64,000 bases of DNA from an uncultured Verrucomicrobiae bacterium (GTDB lineage: Bacteria > Verrucomicrobiota > Verrucomicrobiia > Chthoniobacterales > JAFAMB01), in contig CAWEXO010000014.1 in assembly GCA_963813025.1 (NCBI GenBank), positions 32,001 through 96,000 on the forward strand. The letters run 5' to 3'. Below are positions 32,209 to 42,604 of this stretch, piece by piece. Made by a program: the position numbers and the translations under genes. The notes below the pieces were generated by a model. That model was not told where the DNA came from and did not search any database. It saw only the letters and a list, made by a program, of their open reading frames with translations. Positions within the stretch are counted from its first letter, which is position 1. Each line of letters opens with the position of its first letter.

Positions 32209-32332
32209 GTCGGTGCCGGTGCCGGTGCTAGTGCTAGTGCTAGTGCTAGTGCTAGTGCTAGTGCTAGTTGCCATCGCTCATCGCTCATCGGTCATTGGCC
32301 ATTCGCCAGTGGTAATCGGCCATCGGTCATCG
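32209..32332 (+). repeat. (GCTAGT)7 microsatellite with flanking degenerate hexamers/heptamers
   Basis: Seven perfect units at 32227-32268. Confidence 0.9.
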
Positions 32333-32389
32333 AATTTGGACTAGGCGCGCGTCGGATATTCGTGCATATTCCGAGCATTCTCCCCTGTC

Positions 32390-32758
32390 ATGCGGCCCTC
32401 CCTGCGAGCGATTTTGATCGAGCCCGAGACCCGCTGGAGCGGGTTCCCTCCACAGTATTGGCTGAACTGTTTTGGGAGTGATCCGGAACAGATTGATCAG
32501 GACGAGCTAGCCAGGGCGGAGTGGCTCTGGCAGCGCCGGCCAAAGCGTCTGCTTTTCAAAGATGCTCGCGTGCGAGTGTGGCGCATCTTGCTCCTCCTCG
32601 CTTGCGTAATTGTGCTCTGCTGTTTCGACGTTGCGGGCATTTTGGCCGCCGCCGGGTTGAGCGTGATTGCCGCGATGTTGTTGACTGCGGACCTTTATCG
32701 AAGTGTCTTCTGGAAACGTGATTACGACGCGGCGATCGCTCGGCTCCCGCGCAGATAA
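32390..32758 (+). CDS. Hypothetical membrane protein
   Basis: 122 aa with two hydrophobic helices. Confidence 0.55.
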   Translation: MRPSLRAILIEPETRWSGFPPQYWLNCFGSDPEQIDQDELARAEWLWQRRPKRLLFKDARVRVWRILLLLACVIVLCCFDVAGILAAAGLSVIAAMLLTADLYRSVFWKRDYDAAIARLPRR

Positions 32759-32759
32759 C

Positions 32760-33239
32760 TTGCCCCTCGAGGAGTTCAACCGCCAGCGAATAGTCGGAGT
32801 GGTGTCGGATACCCACGGCTTGATCCGCGAAACCGTGTTAGCTACGCTTCAAGATGTCGATCTAATCCTTCACGCCGGTGATATCGGGTCCGCCGATGTT
32901 TTGGAAACCTTGCGTAGAGTGGCTCCGGTTATCGCGGTCAAAGGAAATATCGATCATCAATATCCTGGCCTGGCGGACGGGGAACTCATTCGCATCAATG
33001 GAGACTTGATTTATTTATGGCACGATCTGGGAACGCTCGACCTCAATCCGCTGGTAGCGGGCATTCGAATCGTGATCACCGGGCATTCGCACCAGCCTCA
33101 GTTGCGAGAGCAAGGTGGTGTGATCTATCTCAATCCAGGCAGCGTTGGTCCGCGCCGTTTCCGAAACCCGATCTCAATGGCCAAGCTCCGCTGGCCAGCG
33201 GGGATTGTAAAAGCTGAGTTGATCCAGCTTGGGGAGTAG
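32760..33239 (+). CDS. YfcE-like metallophosphoesterase
   Basis: SDTHG, HAGD, KGN, GHSH, NPGS. Confidence 0.9.
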   Translation: MPLEEFNRQRIVGVVSDTHGLIRETVLATLQDVDLILHAGDIGSADVLETLRRVAPVIAVKGNIDHQYPGLADGELIRINGDLIYLWHDLGTLDLNPLVAGIRIVITGHSHQPQLREQGGVIYLNPGSVGPRRFRNPISMAKLRWPAGIVKAELIQLGE

Positions 33240-33241
33240 CT

Positions 33242-36200
33242 AGTTCCCCAGAACTCTGCGCGTTCTTTTTGCGGCAAGAAACACTGGATTGATCGCCTTG
33301 GGCATCTCGACGTAGAAAGTAGGCAGCAGTGGGTCGGCAGTTAAGACCGGTGTGGCATTGGAGCTTTATGCCCGATAGCTAGTTTGGTTCCGAGCGTTTT
33401 GGTTGTTGCATTAGCGAAGCTCCAGATCGGGTTGTTTGCCGATCTGGAGCTATCCTGTTTAGGAGATTTCTCTGTATCTACCAACTCGGGCCGATGCGCT
33501 GCAGTGTGAAAGCAAGAACAACATCTAACCCAAGAGAGGTATGGCAAAGAAAACCACGACCAAGCGAAAGAACAAATCAAAAACTCACCGGAGTGTTCTG
33601 GAACGGATCAATCTCAAGGCCGCAGGAATCGATATCGGGGCGAATTTTCACCTGGTGGCCATTCCCGAAGACCGCGGCTCAGAAACGGTGCGCAAGTTTG
33701 GCCCTTTTACGAGCGATCTGCAGCGGATGGCTGACTGGCTGAGCGAACACCACATTGAGACCGTAGTGATGGAATCAACGGGGGTTTATTGGATACCGGT
33801 GTTCCAGATTCTGGAGCAGAGAGGGTTGGAGGTAAAATTGGTCAACGCAGCTCATGTCAAGAATCTGCCTGGACGCAAAAGCGACGTCTCGGACTGCCAA
33901 TGGCTTCAACAACTCCACACCTTTGGTCTTTTAAACGGGAGATATTGTCAAAAGTTGTGTATCGGGGATGGGCGCATCCTTGTTAAAATGACTGGTTAGG
34001 CAGCTTGTTGGGTTTGTTCTTCGCCATCGACGAATCGGACACCAGTAACTACCTTTGGAATCAGTTCGAAGCCCTGAAGCCGGCGCCAATGCTTTTGGGC
34101 TTCCAGGCCGAGTTTAAAGACCATGGTCAGTGTTGCGATCCGTGAACCGGAACCCTTGGTTCGATGGGTTCGCAGCCGGACGGTAGCGAAGGTCGATTCG
34201 ATGGGATTGGTGGTCCGTAAATGCGGCCAATGTTGCGCCGGAAAGTCGTAAAAGGTAAACAGGACTTCTTTATCTTTCTGCAGGCATTCGCAGGCTTTTG
34301 GGAATTTGATTTGGTAACTGGAGATGAACTGATCGTAGGCTGCCAGAGCTGCTTTGCCGGTCGGCGCCAGGTACATTTCATGGATCAGTTGCTTGGCTTT
34401 GCCCTGAACGCTTTTGGGCATTTTATCCAGGATGTTGGCTGTCTTATGCACCCAGCAACGTTGTTGGGCGATCTGGGCCATATTCTTCCTGCAGAGCGAT
34501 CCAGAAGCCGAGCGAACCATCACCGATGGCCAGTTTCGGCGCGCCGGACAGCCCCAGGCGTTTGAGCTGCCCAAGCAGTTCACGCCAGGATTGAGCGCTT
34601 TCGCGATACCCGTCGACAACAGCTAACAGTTCTTTGGTGCCATCTTCGGTGGCTCCGATCAAGACCAGCACACAGGTTCGCTCTTCGTCGAGCCGGACGT
34701 TGAAATAGACTCCGTCGGCCCACCAGTAAACGTAACGCTTCTGACTCAAGTCGCGCTGACTCCAGGCCTTGTAATCTGCTTTCCCAACCCGCTCTTGAGT
34801 CGGACGATATTGGTTGCTGAAAGCCCACTGGCTCCTTCGCCCAAAATCGCTGTCAACGCTTCGCTGAAATCTCCGGTCGAGATCCCTTTCAGGTAAAGGG
34901 CTGGAATCAGAGCATCGACGCTGGGAGCCCGACGCATATACTTGGGCAGAATCGCACTGGAAAATCGACCCTTGTCACGATGCCGGACCCGTGGCTGACG
35001 AACTCGGATCGGACCAACTCCACTGACGACCTCCCGCTCCGGCAGATGTCCATTGCGTACCACCAACCGCTGTCCATTCTCATCCCGTCGATCCTTGTGG
35101 AATCTGGATATAGTCGATCACCTCATTCTCGATCGCCGCCTGTAACAGCTTCCTGGCTCCTTCTTGCAGCAACTGCTCCAGGAATGGCTTTTCTTCATCT
35201 TTTGCTCGCTCATCAAGCGAGACCACTTTACTCTCTGGCACTGGTGCATCCTTTCTTTTTGGCGCCCTCGAGTGAGGCCGCCGTCGTTTCTTTTTCTTGT
35301 TGAAAGGATGCGCCTTTCTTTTATCTCCTCATACACAAATTTCGGTTATACCTCTTTAAACGGCTCGTTCCGACCCAAGGACGAGGTCTGCGTCTTGCGC
35401 AGCTTCCTGCGCCTGCGCGACACCTTGGTTAAGGACTGCAGCAGCCATGTGTTACGCATGCAGAAGGCCTTAACCGAAATGAATATCCAAGTGCACCGCG
35501 TGTTGAGCGACATCACCGGTTATAGTGGCATGGCGATGATTCGGGCGATTTTGGCCGGAGAACGCAATCCGCTCAAGCTTGCCCAGATGAAACACCCCCA
35601 AGTGAAAGCATCCACTGATCAGATCGTCAAAGCCTTACAGGGAGATTACCGAGCCGAGCATCTCTTCGCCTTGCAAACGGCCCTGGAACTCTATGACACC
35701 TACCAGCTCAAGATCACCGCCTGCGAAAGCAAGATTGAGCAACAACTTGAGCAATTCGACACTAAACTAGATTTGGAGCAAGCCCTCGAGCAAAGCGGGG
35801 CGGCCCAAGCACGGTCGGCCCAAGTTCGCCTAGCCCTGCAGCGCCGAGCGCATCTGGCCAGCGTTTGTGGTGTCGATCTGAGTCAGTTGCCTGGCTTGAG
35901 CACCTTGGCGGTGGAAGTCATCATTTCGGAAACGGGTTTAGACATGACCTGTTGGAAAAGCGAAAAACACTTTTGCTCCTGGCTTAAACTCTGTCCGGAC
36001 AATCGCATCAGCGGCGGCAAACTGCTCAGTTCCAGCCCCAGAAAAACCAAGAATCGCGCGGCGGCCATGTTCCGGCTGGCGGCCCAAGGAGCCATGCAAA
36101 GTAAGACGGCCATCGGCGCTTTTATCCGCCGCATCAAAGCCCGATTGGGGGCACCCACCGCCATCAACGCCGGAGCTCATAAACTGGCACGCTTGTTCTA

Positions 36201-36361
36201 TCGCATGCTCAAGTTCGGAGTTGCCTATGTCGAGCAAGGGCAACTCTACTACGAGAAAAAAATACAAAGACCGCCTACTTCACAATCTCAGCCGACGAGC
36301 CAAAGAATTCGGACTCCAACTCACGCCTCTAGACCCAGCCACGGATTTAGTTTCTTAGGAG
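33242..36361 (+). mobile_element. IS110 element copy 2, interrupted by IS256
   Basis: Near-identical to copy 1; transposase split at 33938/35355 and +1 A in homopolymer ~36256-36262. Confidence 0.92.
33939..35354 (-). mobile_element. IS256 family element with frameshifted transposase
   Basis: IRs GAGATATTGTCAAAAGTTGTGTAT / GAGGTATAACCGAAATTTGTGTAT; 9-bp TSD TTTAAACGG; YLKGIST, WADG, GDG, QRCWVHK, RTTNPIES in different frames. Confidence 0.93.
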
Positions 36362-36386
36362 CCGTTAGCTGGCGCCAGTGCTAGTG

Positions 36387-37516
36387 CTAGTGCCTAATTG
36401 CGTAAGTTAGTTATATGTATGGCGACTTTCCCCTGGTGTACCTGGGATTTGGTCCATTCGAAGGGAGCCGCATTGTTATTGTAGTTCTTGATGAAGGTGT
36501 CGATGGCGTTGCGCAGCTCTGCCACGCTGGTGAAGTTTGCCCCCTGGAGGGCTTGGCGGCTCAAGATACTAAACCAGATCTCAATCTGGTTGAGCCAAGA
36601 AGCGTGGGTTGGAGTGAAATGAAAATGCACATTGGGGTGAGCCTTCAACCAGCGATCTTGCTTTGGCTTATGGGTCGCAAGGTTGTCTAAGACCACATGA
36701 ATTTCTTTGTCGAGATTTCCGGCAACTACCTGGTTCATAAACTCCAGGAATTCCCGTCGGCGCTGGCGCCGGTAATGACCAGCCTGCACTTGGCCGCTGG
36801 CAATGTTGAGGGCGGCAAAGAGAGTGGAGGTGCCATGGCGCTTGTACTCGTGGCTAAAACCCGTCAGCGCCCTGCCATTGGGCAAGCGAATCCAACCTTG
36901 GGCTCTTTCCAGGGCTTGAATGGCTGGTTTTTCATCAATGGCCAAGATGAGCGCATTCTGGGGCGGATTGAGATAAAGACCGACAATGTCAGCGGCCTTG
37001 CGCACAAACTCCGGATCGGTGGAAATGCACCAGCTGCGGCGCCGTTCCAATTCAATGCCTTGTTGGCGCAAAATGCGCCAGACTTGATCGGAGGAAACAT
37101 CGGCCAGACTCTGCGCCAGCAGTCGCCCATTCCAGCGCCCGTAGCCCGCCGGTGGATCTTCATCCAGCAGCGCCAAGACCCGCTTGACCGTCATTTGATC
37201 ATACTTGGCCGGCTTTCCACTGCGTGGCGCGTCTTCCAAGCCAGCCAGGCCTTGGCGCACAAAGCGCCGCCGCCATTTACTCACCGTCACCTCGGGAATG
37301 CGCAGGCTCTTGGCAATCGCACGTCCACTCAAGCCCGCTGCCGCCTTCAAGATAATCTGACTCCTGACCTTGAGCCGGTGTTCGACCCGTTGCGCTCGAC
37401 TCCAACCCTCCAAGAGCTTGCGGTTTTCCACAGAAAGTTTGATGCGACCCGTTGCCATCCATCCAACAAATCATAATTTTTCATAAATATAAAGAACTAA
37501 AGCAACTAAGTACTAG
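36387..37516 (-). mobile_element. IS630 family element A, copy 2
   Basis: Inverted near-identical copy of 12382-13511, inserted in GCTAGT repeats. Confidence 0.93.
36394..37458 (-). CDS. IS630 family transposase
   Basis: Protein identical to 12440-13504. Confidence 0.96.
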   Translation of the reverse strand: MATGRIKLSVENRKLLEGWSRAQRVEHRLKVRSQIILKAAAGLSGRAIAKSLRIPEVTVSKWRRRFVRQGLAGLEDAPRSGKPAKYDQMTVKRVLALLDEDPPAGYGRWNGRLLAQSLADVSSDQVWRILRQQGIELERRRSWCISTDPEFVRKAADIVGLYLNPPQNALILAIDEKPAIQALERAQGWIRLPNGRALTGFSHEYKRHGTSTLFAALNIASGQVQAGHYRRQRRREFLEFMNQVVAGNLDKEIHVVLDNLATHKPKQDRWLKAHPNVHFHFTPTHASWLNQIEIWFSILSRQALQGANFTSVAELRNAIDTFIKNYNNNAAPFEWTKSQVHQGKVAIHITNLRN

Positions 37517-37688
37517 TGTCAGTGCCAGTGCTAGTGCTAGTGTCAGTGCCAGTGCTAGTGTTGGTGCTGGACTGTGCCGCGGCCAGCTCACTGCGTTTCA
37601 CGGCGCTCCTGTCGGAGCTGGCAGCGCCGCAACACTGGCACTAGCCTGACACTAGCACTGACACTAGCACTCACACTAACACTGGCAC
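37513..37688. repeat. Inverted pair of G(C/T)(C/T)AGT microsatellite tracts
   Basis: GCTAGT-type units 37513-37562 and complementary ACTAGC-type units 37633-37688. Confidence 0.75.
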
Positions 37689-38171
37689 TTACCTTACCAG
37701 GAGCGCCAAGGTGACGATCAGCAGAAGGGCAACAAGCAGATACAGCGCGATGACCAGCGCGGCCTGACGGAGGTCATCCCACCCGTGAGGGTAGACCCGA
37801 AACCGGCCGATCGCTTCGCGTTCCTCGGCTCGCGCGCGTTCCAGCGCGTTCTTGGCCTGGCGGAAATCGATGATTTTGCCGGACCGAAACCGGATCGAAG
37901 GCGCATTGCGCGTCGGCCCGGGAAATCTGATGAATTTTCTGGGTTCGTCGGTCAACATTTTTCTCTTTTCAAAGGTTTTCTGGCTGGCCGTTTCGGAGGA
38001 GGTCCGATCGTCTTGTGTCTGAGAGAAAGATCCGGCCGGCCTGCGGTCCAAAAATGTGAAACACAATCGCGTTTCTGGACGATGGCCGGCCCGCTCAGCC
38101 GAGCGAAACAGCGAGCAATCGATTCTGGTTATCCTGCGCTCAAGCGGGAAGCCAGTCAGCGAGCTGCTCAA
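37689..38171 (-). CDS. Hypothetical protein with C-terminal TM helix
   Basis: Hydrophobic C-terminus; start uncertain. Confidence 0.4.
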   Translation of the reverse strand: MSSSLTGFPLERRITRIDCSLFRSAERAGHRPETRLCFTFLDRRPAGSFSQTQDDRTSSETASQKTFEKRKMLTDEPRKFIRFPGPTRNAPSIRFRSGKIIDFRQAKNALERARAEEREAIGRFRVYPHGWDDLRQAALVIALYLLVALLLIVTLALLVR

Positions 38172-38278
38172 AAAGAGCTACTTACAATCATTGGGAGGCC
38201 GTCCACTTGGATCGTGGTAAAAACGGCACGAAAGGCTGCATGGCTCACAAATTTCGGAGGATTTGTGAGCCATGGAGG

Positions 38279-38839
38279 CTAAGGTACTGTTCGCCAAGTG
38301 AACCCGCTGAGCAGGGTTTGGAGCGCCGCCCGATCCGCGGGGGTCAATTGACGCATCTTCATGACGATGGTGACCTCTGTCCCGCCATTGTCCGTTCCCA
38401 AGGAGAACACGACATTTTTCTCCTCCTCGGTGGTACCGCGGCCGCGCACAAAAACTAGACAGAAAGGCTGGCTGGGATTGGCCGGAGACAATTTGCCTTC
38501 CAAGGCCCAGCCGTCGGCCGCGGAGTGATTCGCGGCGGCCACCGCCGCAGTATCAAGCAGAGCGATCGGCTCACGGGTTGAATGGATCTTGATTTCAAAT
38601 GCGTCCGTGGGGGGACCAACCCGTCGAAGGATGATCAACTCAGTGCCGGCCGGAGCGGCATCACTTTGAGTTTCGATCGTCCAATCGGTCACCGCAACCA
38701 CGATCTGCAGAAGACCGTTCGCGGTGGTAATCGTGGACCCGCGGTTCACCGGGTTCTGTCCATCCGCTGTTAGCGCGGCCAAACCGAGAACAAGCAGGCA
38801 AGACAGTCTCACGCGGTACCCACCAGGATGGCATGGCAA
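38279..38839 (-). CDS. Hypothetical secreted protein
   Basis: Signal-peptide-like RLSCLLVLGLAALTADG. Confidence 0.6.
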   Translation of the reverse strand: MPCHPGGYRVRLSCLLVLGLAALTADGQNPVNRGSTITTANGLLQIVVAVTDWTIETQSDAAPAGTELIILRRVGPPTDAFEIKIHSTREPIALLDTAAVAAANHSAADGWALEGKLSPANPSQPFCLVFVRGRGTTEEEKNVVFSLGTDNGGTEVTIVMKMRQLTPADRAALQTLLSGFTWRTVP

Positions 38840-38940
38840 AGCGGTCCGGACAAGAGGAGGCGTAATCCCAAAGGGTAATTGTCCCCGAATCGGCCAGATG
38901 TTAACAGGGGATCTTATTGACGGGGAATCTAAAAAATCCG

Positions 38941-39558
38941 ATGAAAAATGTGGCGAAATTACTTCAAGATGGCTGGACGCGCCGGCACTTCGCGGCCGCT
39001 CTGGCCAAAGGTCCGGGCGGGTTGGCGTGCCTTTTCGCCGCCGCTCTGTTGATCGTGTATTTCATCTGGGAACTGGCTTCAGTCGGGCACATCCGCCATC
39101 GGGTCCTGGCGCTTCTCCCTTATTTCGTCCTGTGCTGTATTGCGTTTCTCTTGATCGACGCGTTCCGCCTGGTTCGTCACAACGGATTAGAGCTGTTCCG
39201 CCGAGTCGCTCGTGACAACCAGGAGCAGCTCCGGCGTGTCGGTGTCGAGTTCCTGCCACTTTCTGACTTCCTTCGCGCACCCTGCCATCAGCCGCGGGGC
39301 CGAGTTGACGAACTTCGTCTCGTGGTGGAAGCGCTGGATCGGCTCACCGGAACGGCGCTGCGCTACGGCAATTCTGGCCGGAGCGTCTTTGAAAAAAATC
39401 TCGAACCGATCTCCATAGCGCTTTGCCTCTGGCGAGCGCTGCCGGAAGAGACCAATCGATCTTTCCTCAACCGGAGTCTCGCTTGCTGGTTACGGGAAGT
39501 GCCTGATTACGATCCGGAGGGTTGGTCCGGCGTGTCGAAACCGCGTCAGCTGGCTTGA
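38941..39558 (+). CDS. 2-TM membrane protein upstream of DAC-domain gene
   Basis: Two hydrophobic helices followed by a soluble region. Confidence 0.65.
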   Translation: MKNVAKLLQDGWTRRHFAAALAKGPGGLACLFAAALLIVYFIWELASVGHIRHRVLALLPYFVLCCIAFLLIDAFRLVRHNGLELFRRVARDNQEQLRRVGVEFLPLSDFLRAPCHQPRGRVDELRLVVEALDRLTGTALRYGNSGRSVFEKNLEPISIALCLWRALPEETNRSFLNRSLACWLREVPDYDPEGWSGVSKPRQLA

Positions 39559-39591
39559 CCTTGCGTGGACGAGTGAGATGTTTCGCGGCAA

Positions 39592-40797
39592 GTGGGAGTA
39601 ACGACTGGCTCAGAAGAGTTTATCGCACAAGGAATCTTTGGTCTGGTTCCTTTCTGGTACGAAGCCGATTGCGGACCGTACGAATATCACTTGGAGGTCG
39701 GTTTGCGGCGTTTTCCGTTTTGCACCCATCGCGCCCTGTCACAGGAATGGCACGCGCTCCTGGATGAAGCAAACTCCAGCGCTCACTCCTTCCTCAGGTT
39801 GGCAAAGACGCTCAAGAGCCTTCACCTGGTTGAGCATATGCAGGACAGCTTCGCGGTTTTCTGGATGAACCGCAAATTTCCCTGGGTGGACTGGAAATCG
39901 CTGATCCAATATCTGAGTGCCGCAGCGCGACGTTCTTACGAGAACAGGCCGGTCTCCGCCAACTTCATCATTTCGCGCAAAGCCGAAGGGCGGCTGAGCA
40001 TCCTTGATCCCTGCCTCAATAAATTTCTCGATCCGCTCACGAGTTCTCCGGACCTCTTCCTCGGGCTGGATGGATCGCTGGCTTTAGTTGATCTGGATCA
40101 GCTCGCCTGGACCGACCGAAAAAGCGAACCGACCTACAAGTATCACTCGGAATATCTCGGCAATTTCTGGACACATCTCGACGACGACGAGGTGTCGGTT
40201 CACCTGAGCCCACAAGGGGATTTCTATTTCATGTCGCGAGCCGGACTGCTCGCCTCCCGGCGGAAGGCGCGCTGGTGTTTACATGACGCAAAATCTCTGA
40301 GGGAAGCTTTTATTGAGATTTTCAAGGATGAATGGATCGGCACTAATCTTATGAGCATCGCCTACAGCCTGAGTTGGGAGCGCCGCGGGGCTGTGTTGAT
40401 TTTTGATCCGCAGCAGACGGTAATCGAAAATCTTTTGAACCCGGAAAGCCGCTTTGGCGGCGCGAGCGACATTGCGCGCAGCCTGATTGAACCAGCCGTG
40501 AGCAAGATTCGCTTAACTGAGCCACTTACCGTCGACCGCAGGCTACTCCTGACGGGAACTGCGGGTATGGACGGCGCGGTAATCTTTTCCAGTGACCGAA
40601 TCCTGGCGGTAGGCGCGATGATCCGGCCGCATCCAGAGGCTGGACGGTTCGTGGGGGCCCGGACCACGGCGACCTTCTCGGCCTACCTGTACGGCGGCAC
40701 ACCTGTCCAGGTCAGTTCGGATGGCGATCTGACATTACATTTTCATAGCGAAGCAAACCATGACAAGGTCTGCGACGCGCAGATGAGCTTTCTCTAG
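39592..40797 (+). CDS. Diadenylate cyclase-like (DisA_N/DAC domain) protein with unknown N-terminal region
   Basis: RRGAVL, MDGAVI, ILAVGAMI, GARTTA, VSSDG follow the DAC motif order. Confidence 0.75.
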   Translation: MGVTTGSEEFIAQGIFGLVPFWYEADCGPYEYHLEVGLRRFPFCTHRALSQEWHALLDEANSSAHSFLRLAKTLKSLHLVEHMQDSFAVFWMNRKFPWVDWKSLIQYLSAAARRSYENRPVSANFIISRKAEGRLSILDPCLNKFLDPLTSSPDLFLGLDGSLALVDLDQLAWTDRKSEPTYKYHSEYLGNFWTHLDDDEVSVHLSPQGDFYFMSRAGLLASRRKARWCLHDAKSLREAFIEIFKDEWIGTNLMSIAYSLSWERRGAVLIFDPQQTVIENLLNPESRFGGASDIARSLIEPAVSKIRLTEPLTVDRRLLLTGTAGMDGAVIFSSDRILAVGAMIRPHPEAGRFVGARTTATFSAYLYGGTPVQVSSDGDLTLHFHSEANHDKVCDAQMSFL

Positions 40798-40818
40798 CCT
40801 GCCTCGCCCCCCAAGTAT

Positions 40819-41292
40819 TTAGAGATTTGGGGGCGAGGCGGGCTGCGGCAGCGGCAAAAGCGGCGCAGTCTCCGGCTTCCAAGGATTGGTCTGGTACCGG
40901 TTTTCGACGAGTTGCTGGCCGTAGTCTCGACAAAGCTGGATCGCGTCAGCTACTTTGAAGCCCAGGTACCCGGGACTGAACGGCGTCAAGTTTTGCTCGG
41001 CCGCCAGGAAGAGGCGATAAGCCGGTCGCAATCGGCGGCCGTGGGTGGCATGTTCCGGGTGCTGGTACTGTTTCTTCAGATGCACGAATGCTCCGGCAAG
41101 CTGGATCAAACCCTTGAAAAACTGGTAAGATTGGTCCGAGGTTTTCAGCCAAAGGTGTTCCAGCACGTCATGCGCTTCATAGTATTTCTGGTCATTGAAG
41201 AGGGAGAAATAACCGAGGAAAAATCCGGCGTGAGATGTCTCGCCCAGAGCCAGCCCACGCACGAGCGATTCGATTCGGTCGGCCTTTTTCAT
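40819..41292 (-). CDS. DUF309 family protein
   Basis: FNDQKYYEAHDVLEHLW ... GLIQLAGAFVH. Confidence 0.88.
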   Translation of the reverse strand: MKKADRIESLVRGLALGETSHAGFFLGYFSLFNDQKYYEAHDVLEHLWLKTSDQSYQFFKGLIQLAGAFVHLKKQYQHPEHATHGRRLRPAYRLFLAAEQNLTPFSPGYLGFKVADAIQLCRDYGQQLVENRYQTNPWKPETAPLLPLPQPASPPNL

Positions 41293-41341
41293 CTGGTATC
41301 AACATCGTCCTTAGCTGGTGCTCTGCGCAAGAGATGTGAGC

Positions 41342-42604
41342 ATGTCGCCTGAGATAGTGCCGGTGGCATCCGCCATTCTGCTCCTTCTGGCTCTGGCATC
41401 GGCTTTTTTTTCGGGAATGGAGACGGCCCTGTTCTCGATCAGTGGTTTCCATCTTCGGCGGTGGCAAGAACGAGACGCGAAGGCGGCGGCTCAATTCCAG
41501 GAACTCATGGCCAAACCGCGGAGTGTGCTGAGTGTTATTCTTCTCACCGACACGCTCATTAATATCCCTCTGATCGTGCTGTCGCTGGCCTGGGTGAACT
41601 CCGTGAGCAGCCCCGTGCCTGCCTGGGTGCAGACCTTAATCCTCTTCGGTCTTATCGTCGTTCTCTGCGATCTCCTGCCGAAGACCCTCGCACTAATCGA
41701 TCCTTTTCGGTTCGCCAAATCGGCTATTCGGATTCTCAGGTTCCTGATGCCGGTGATGGCGCCCGTTTCCAATTCACTGGAGCGGACGGCGGAACGTGCC
41801 GCCGATCTTTTCTCAAAGGCAAAACCCGAAGCCCAGGTCCATCTCGCCGATGACGAATTGATCACCTACATCGAGTGGAGCGCTGAGGAAGGCGAACTGC
41901 GGGATGATGAACGCGAGATGATTCGGGAGATAATCAAGCTCGGGAACAAAACCGTTGGTGACTGTATGACCCCTCGGGTAGATGCCTTCACGATTCCCGA
42001 TACCCTGGACAACGAAGAGGCGGTTCGCGAACTTCGGATTAAGCGCCATGGCTGGGTCCCAGTATACGGCGAAAGTCCGGACGAGATCCTGGGCATCCTT
42101 GATGTGAAACGATTCCTTCTTGATCCGGCGGAACACTACACTGAAAATCTCGATCCACCTTCTTATGTTCCCGAAACAATGCGGGCGCTCGATCTACTCG
42201 GGGCCTTTCTGACCCGTTCCCGGCGTCTCGCGATCGTCGTTGATGAGTTCGGTGGGACGGAGGGGCTGATCACCTTTAATGATCTGGTCGAGGAGATCAT
42301 CGCTGACGCCGCTCCGCGCGGCGACGATGAACTCTATATCGAACCAACCGCCGATGGTAAACTGTTGGCCAGTGGCAGCGCCCGGCTTGATGATTTGAGC
42401 GAAGCGTTGCATGTCGAAGTTGCTCACGAAGGGGTCGATACGATTGGCGGCCTGATCTTTACCCGGCTGGGATACCTGCCAAAGGCCGGCACGCGCGTGG
42501 AAATTCCGCCACTGGCCCTCGAAATTCGTCAGAGCAGCCGGAAACGGATTCTTGAGGTCGTGGTCGAACCGTTGGCGACATCCGAGGCGATCGGGCAGAC
42601 GTGA
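41342..42604 (+). CDS. Hemolysin/CNNM family (DUF21-CBS-CorC) protein
   Basis: FFSGMETA, MTPR, VVDEFGGTEGLIT, DTIGGL. Confidence 0.92.
   Translation: MSPEIVPVASAILLLLALASAFFSGMETALFSISGFHLRRWQERDAKAAAQFQELMAKPRSVLSVILLTDTLINIPLIVLSLAWVNSVSSPVPAWVQTLILFGLIVVLCDLLPKTLALIDPFRFAKSAIRILRFLMPVMAPVSNSLERTAERAADLFSKAKPEAQVHLADDELITYIEWSAEEGELRDDEREMIREIIKLGNKTVGDCMTPRVDAFTIPDTLDNEEAVRELRIKRHGWVPVYGESPDEILGILDVKRFLLDPAEHYTENLDPPSYVPETMRALDLLGAFLTRSRRLAIVVDEFGGTEGLITFNDLVEEIIADAAPRGDDELYIEPTADGKLLASGSARLDDLSEALHVEVAHEGVDTIGGLIFTRLGYLPKAGTRVEIPPLALEIRQSSRKRILEVVVEPLATSEAIGQT

Noticed and set aside
35164..35354. Novel N-terminus on a 406-aa IS110 ORF
   Set aside because: Chance read-through from the IS256 end into the 3' half of the interrupted transposase
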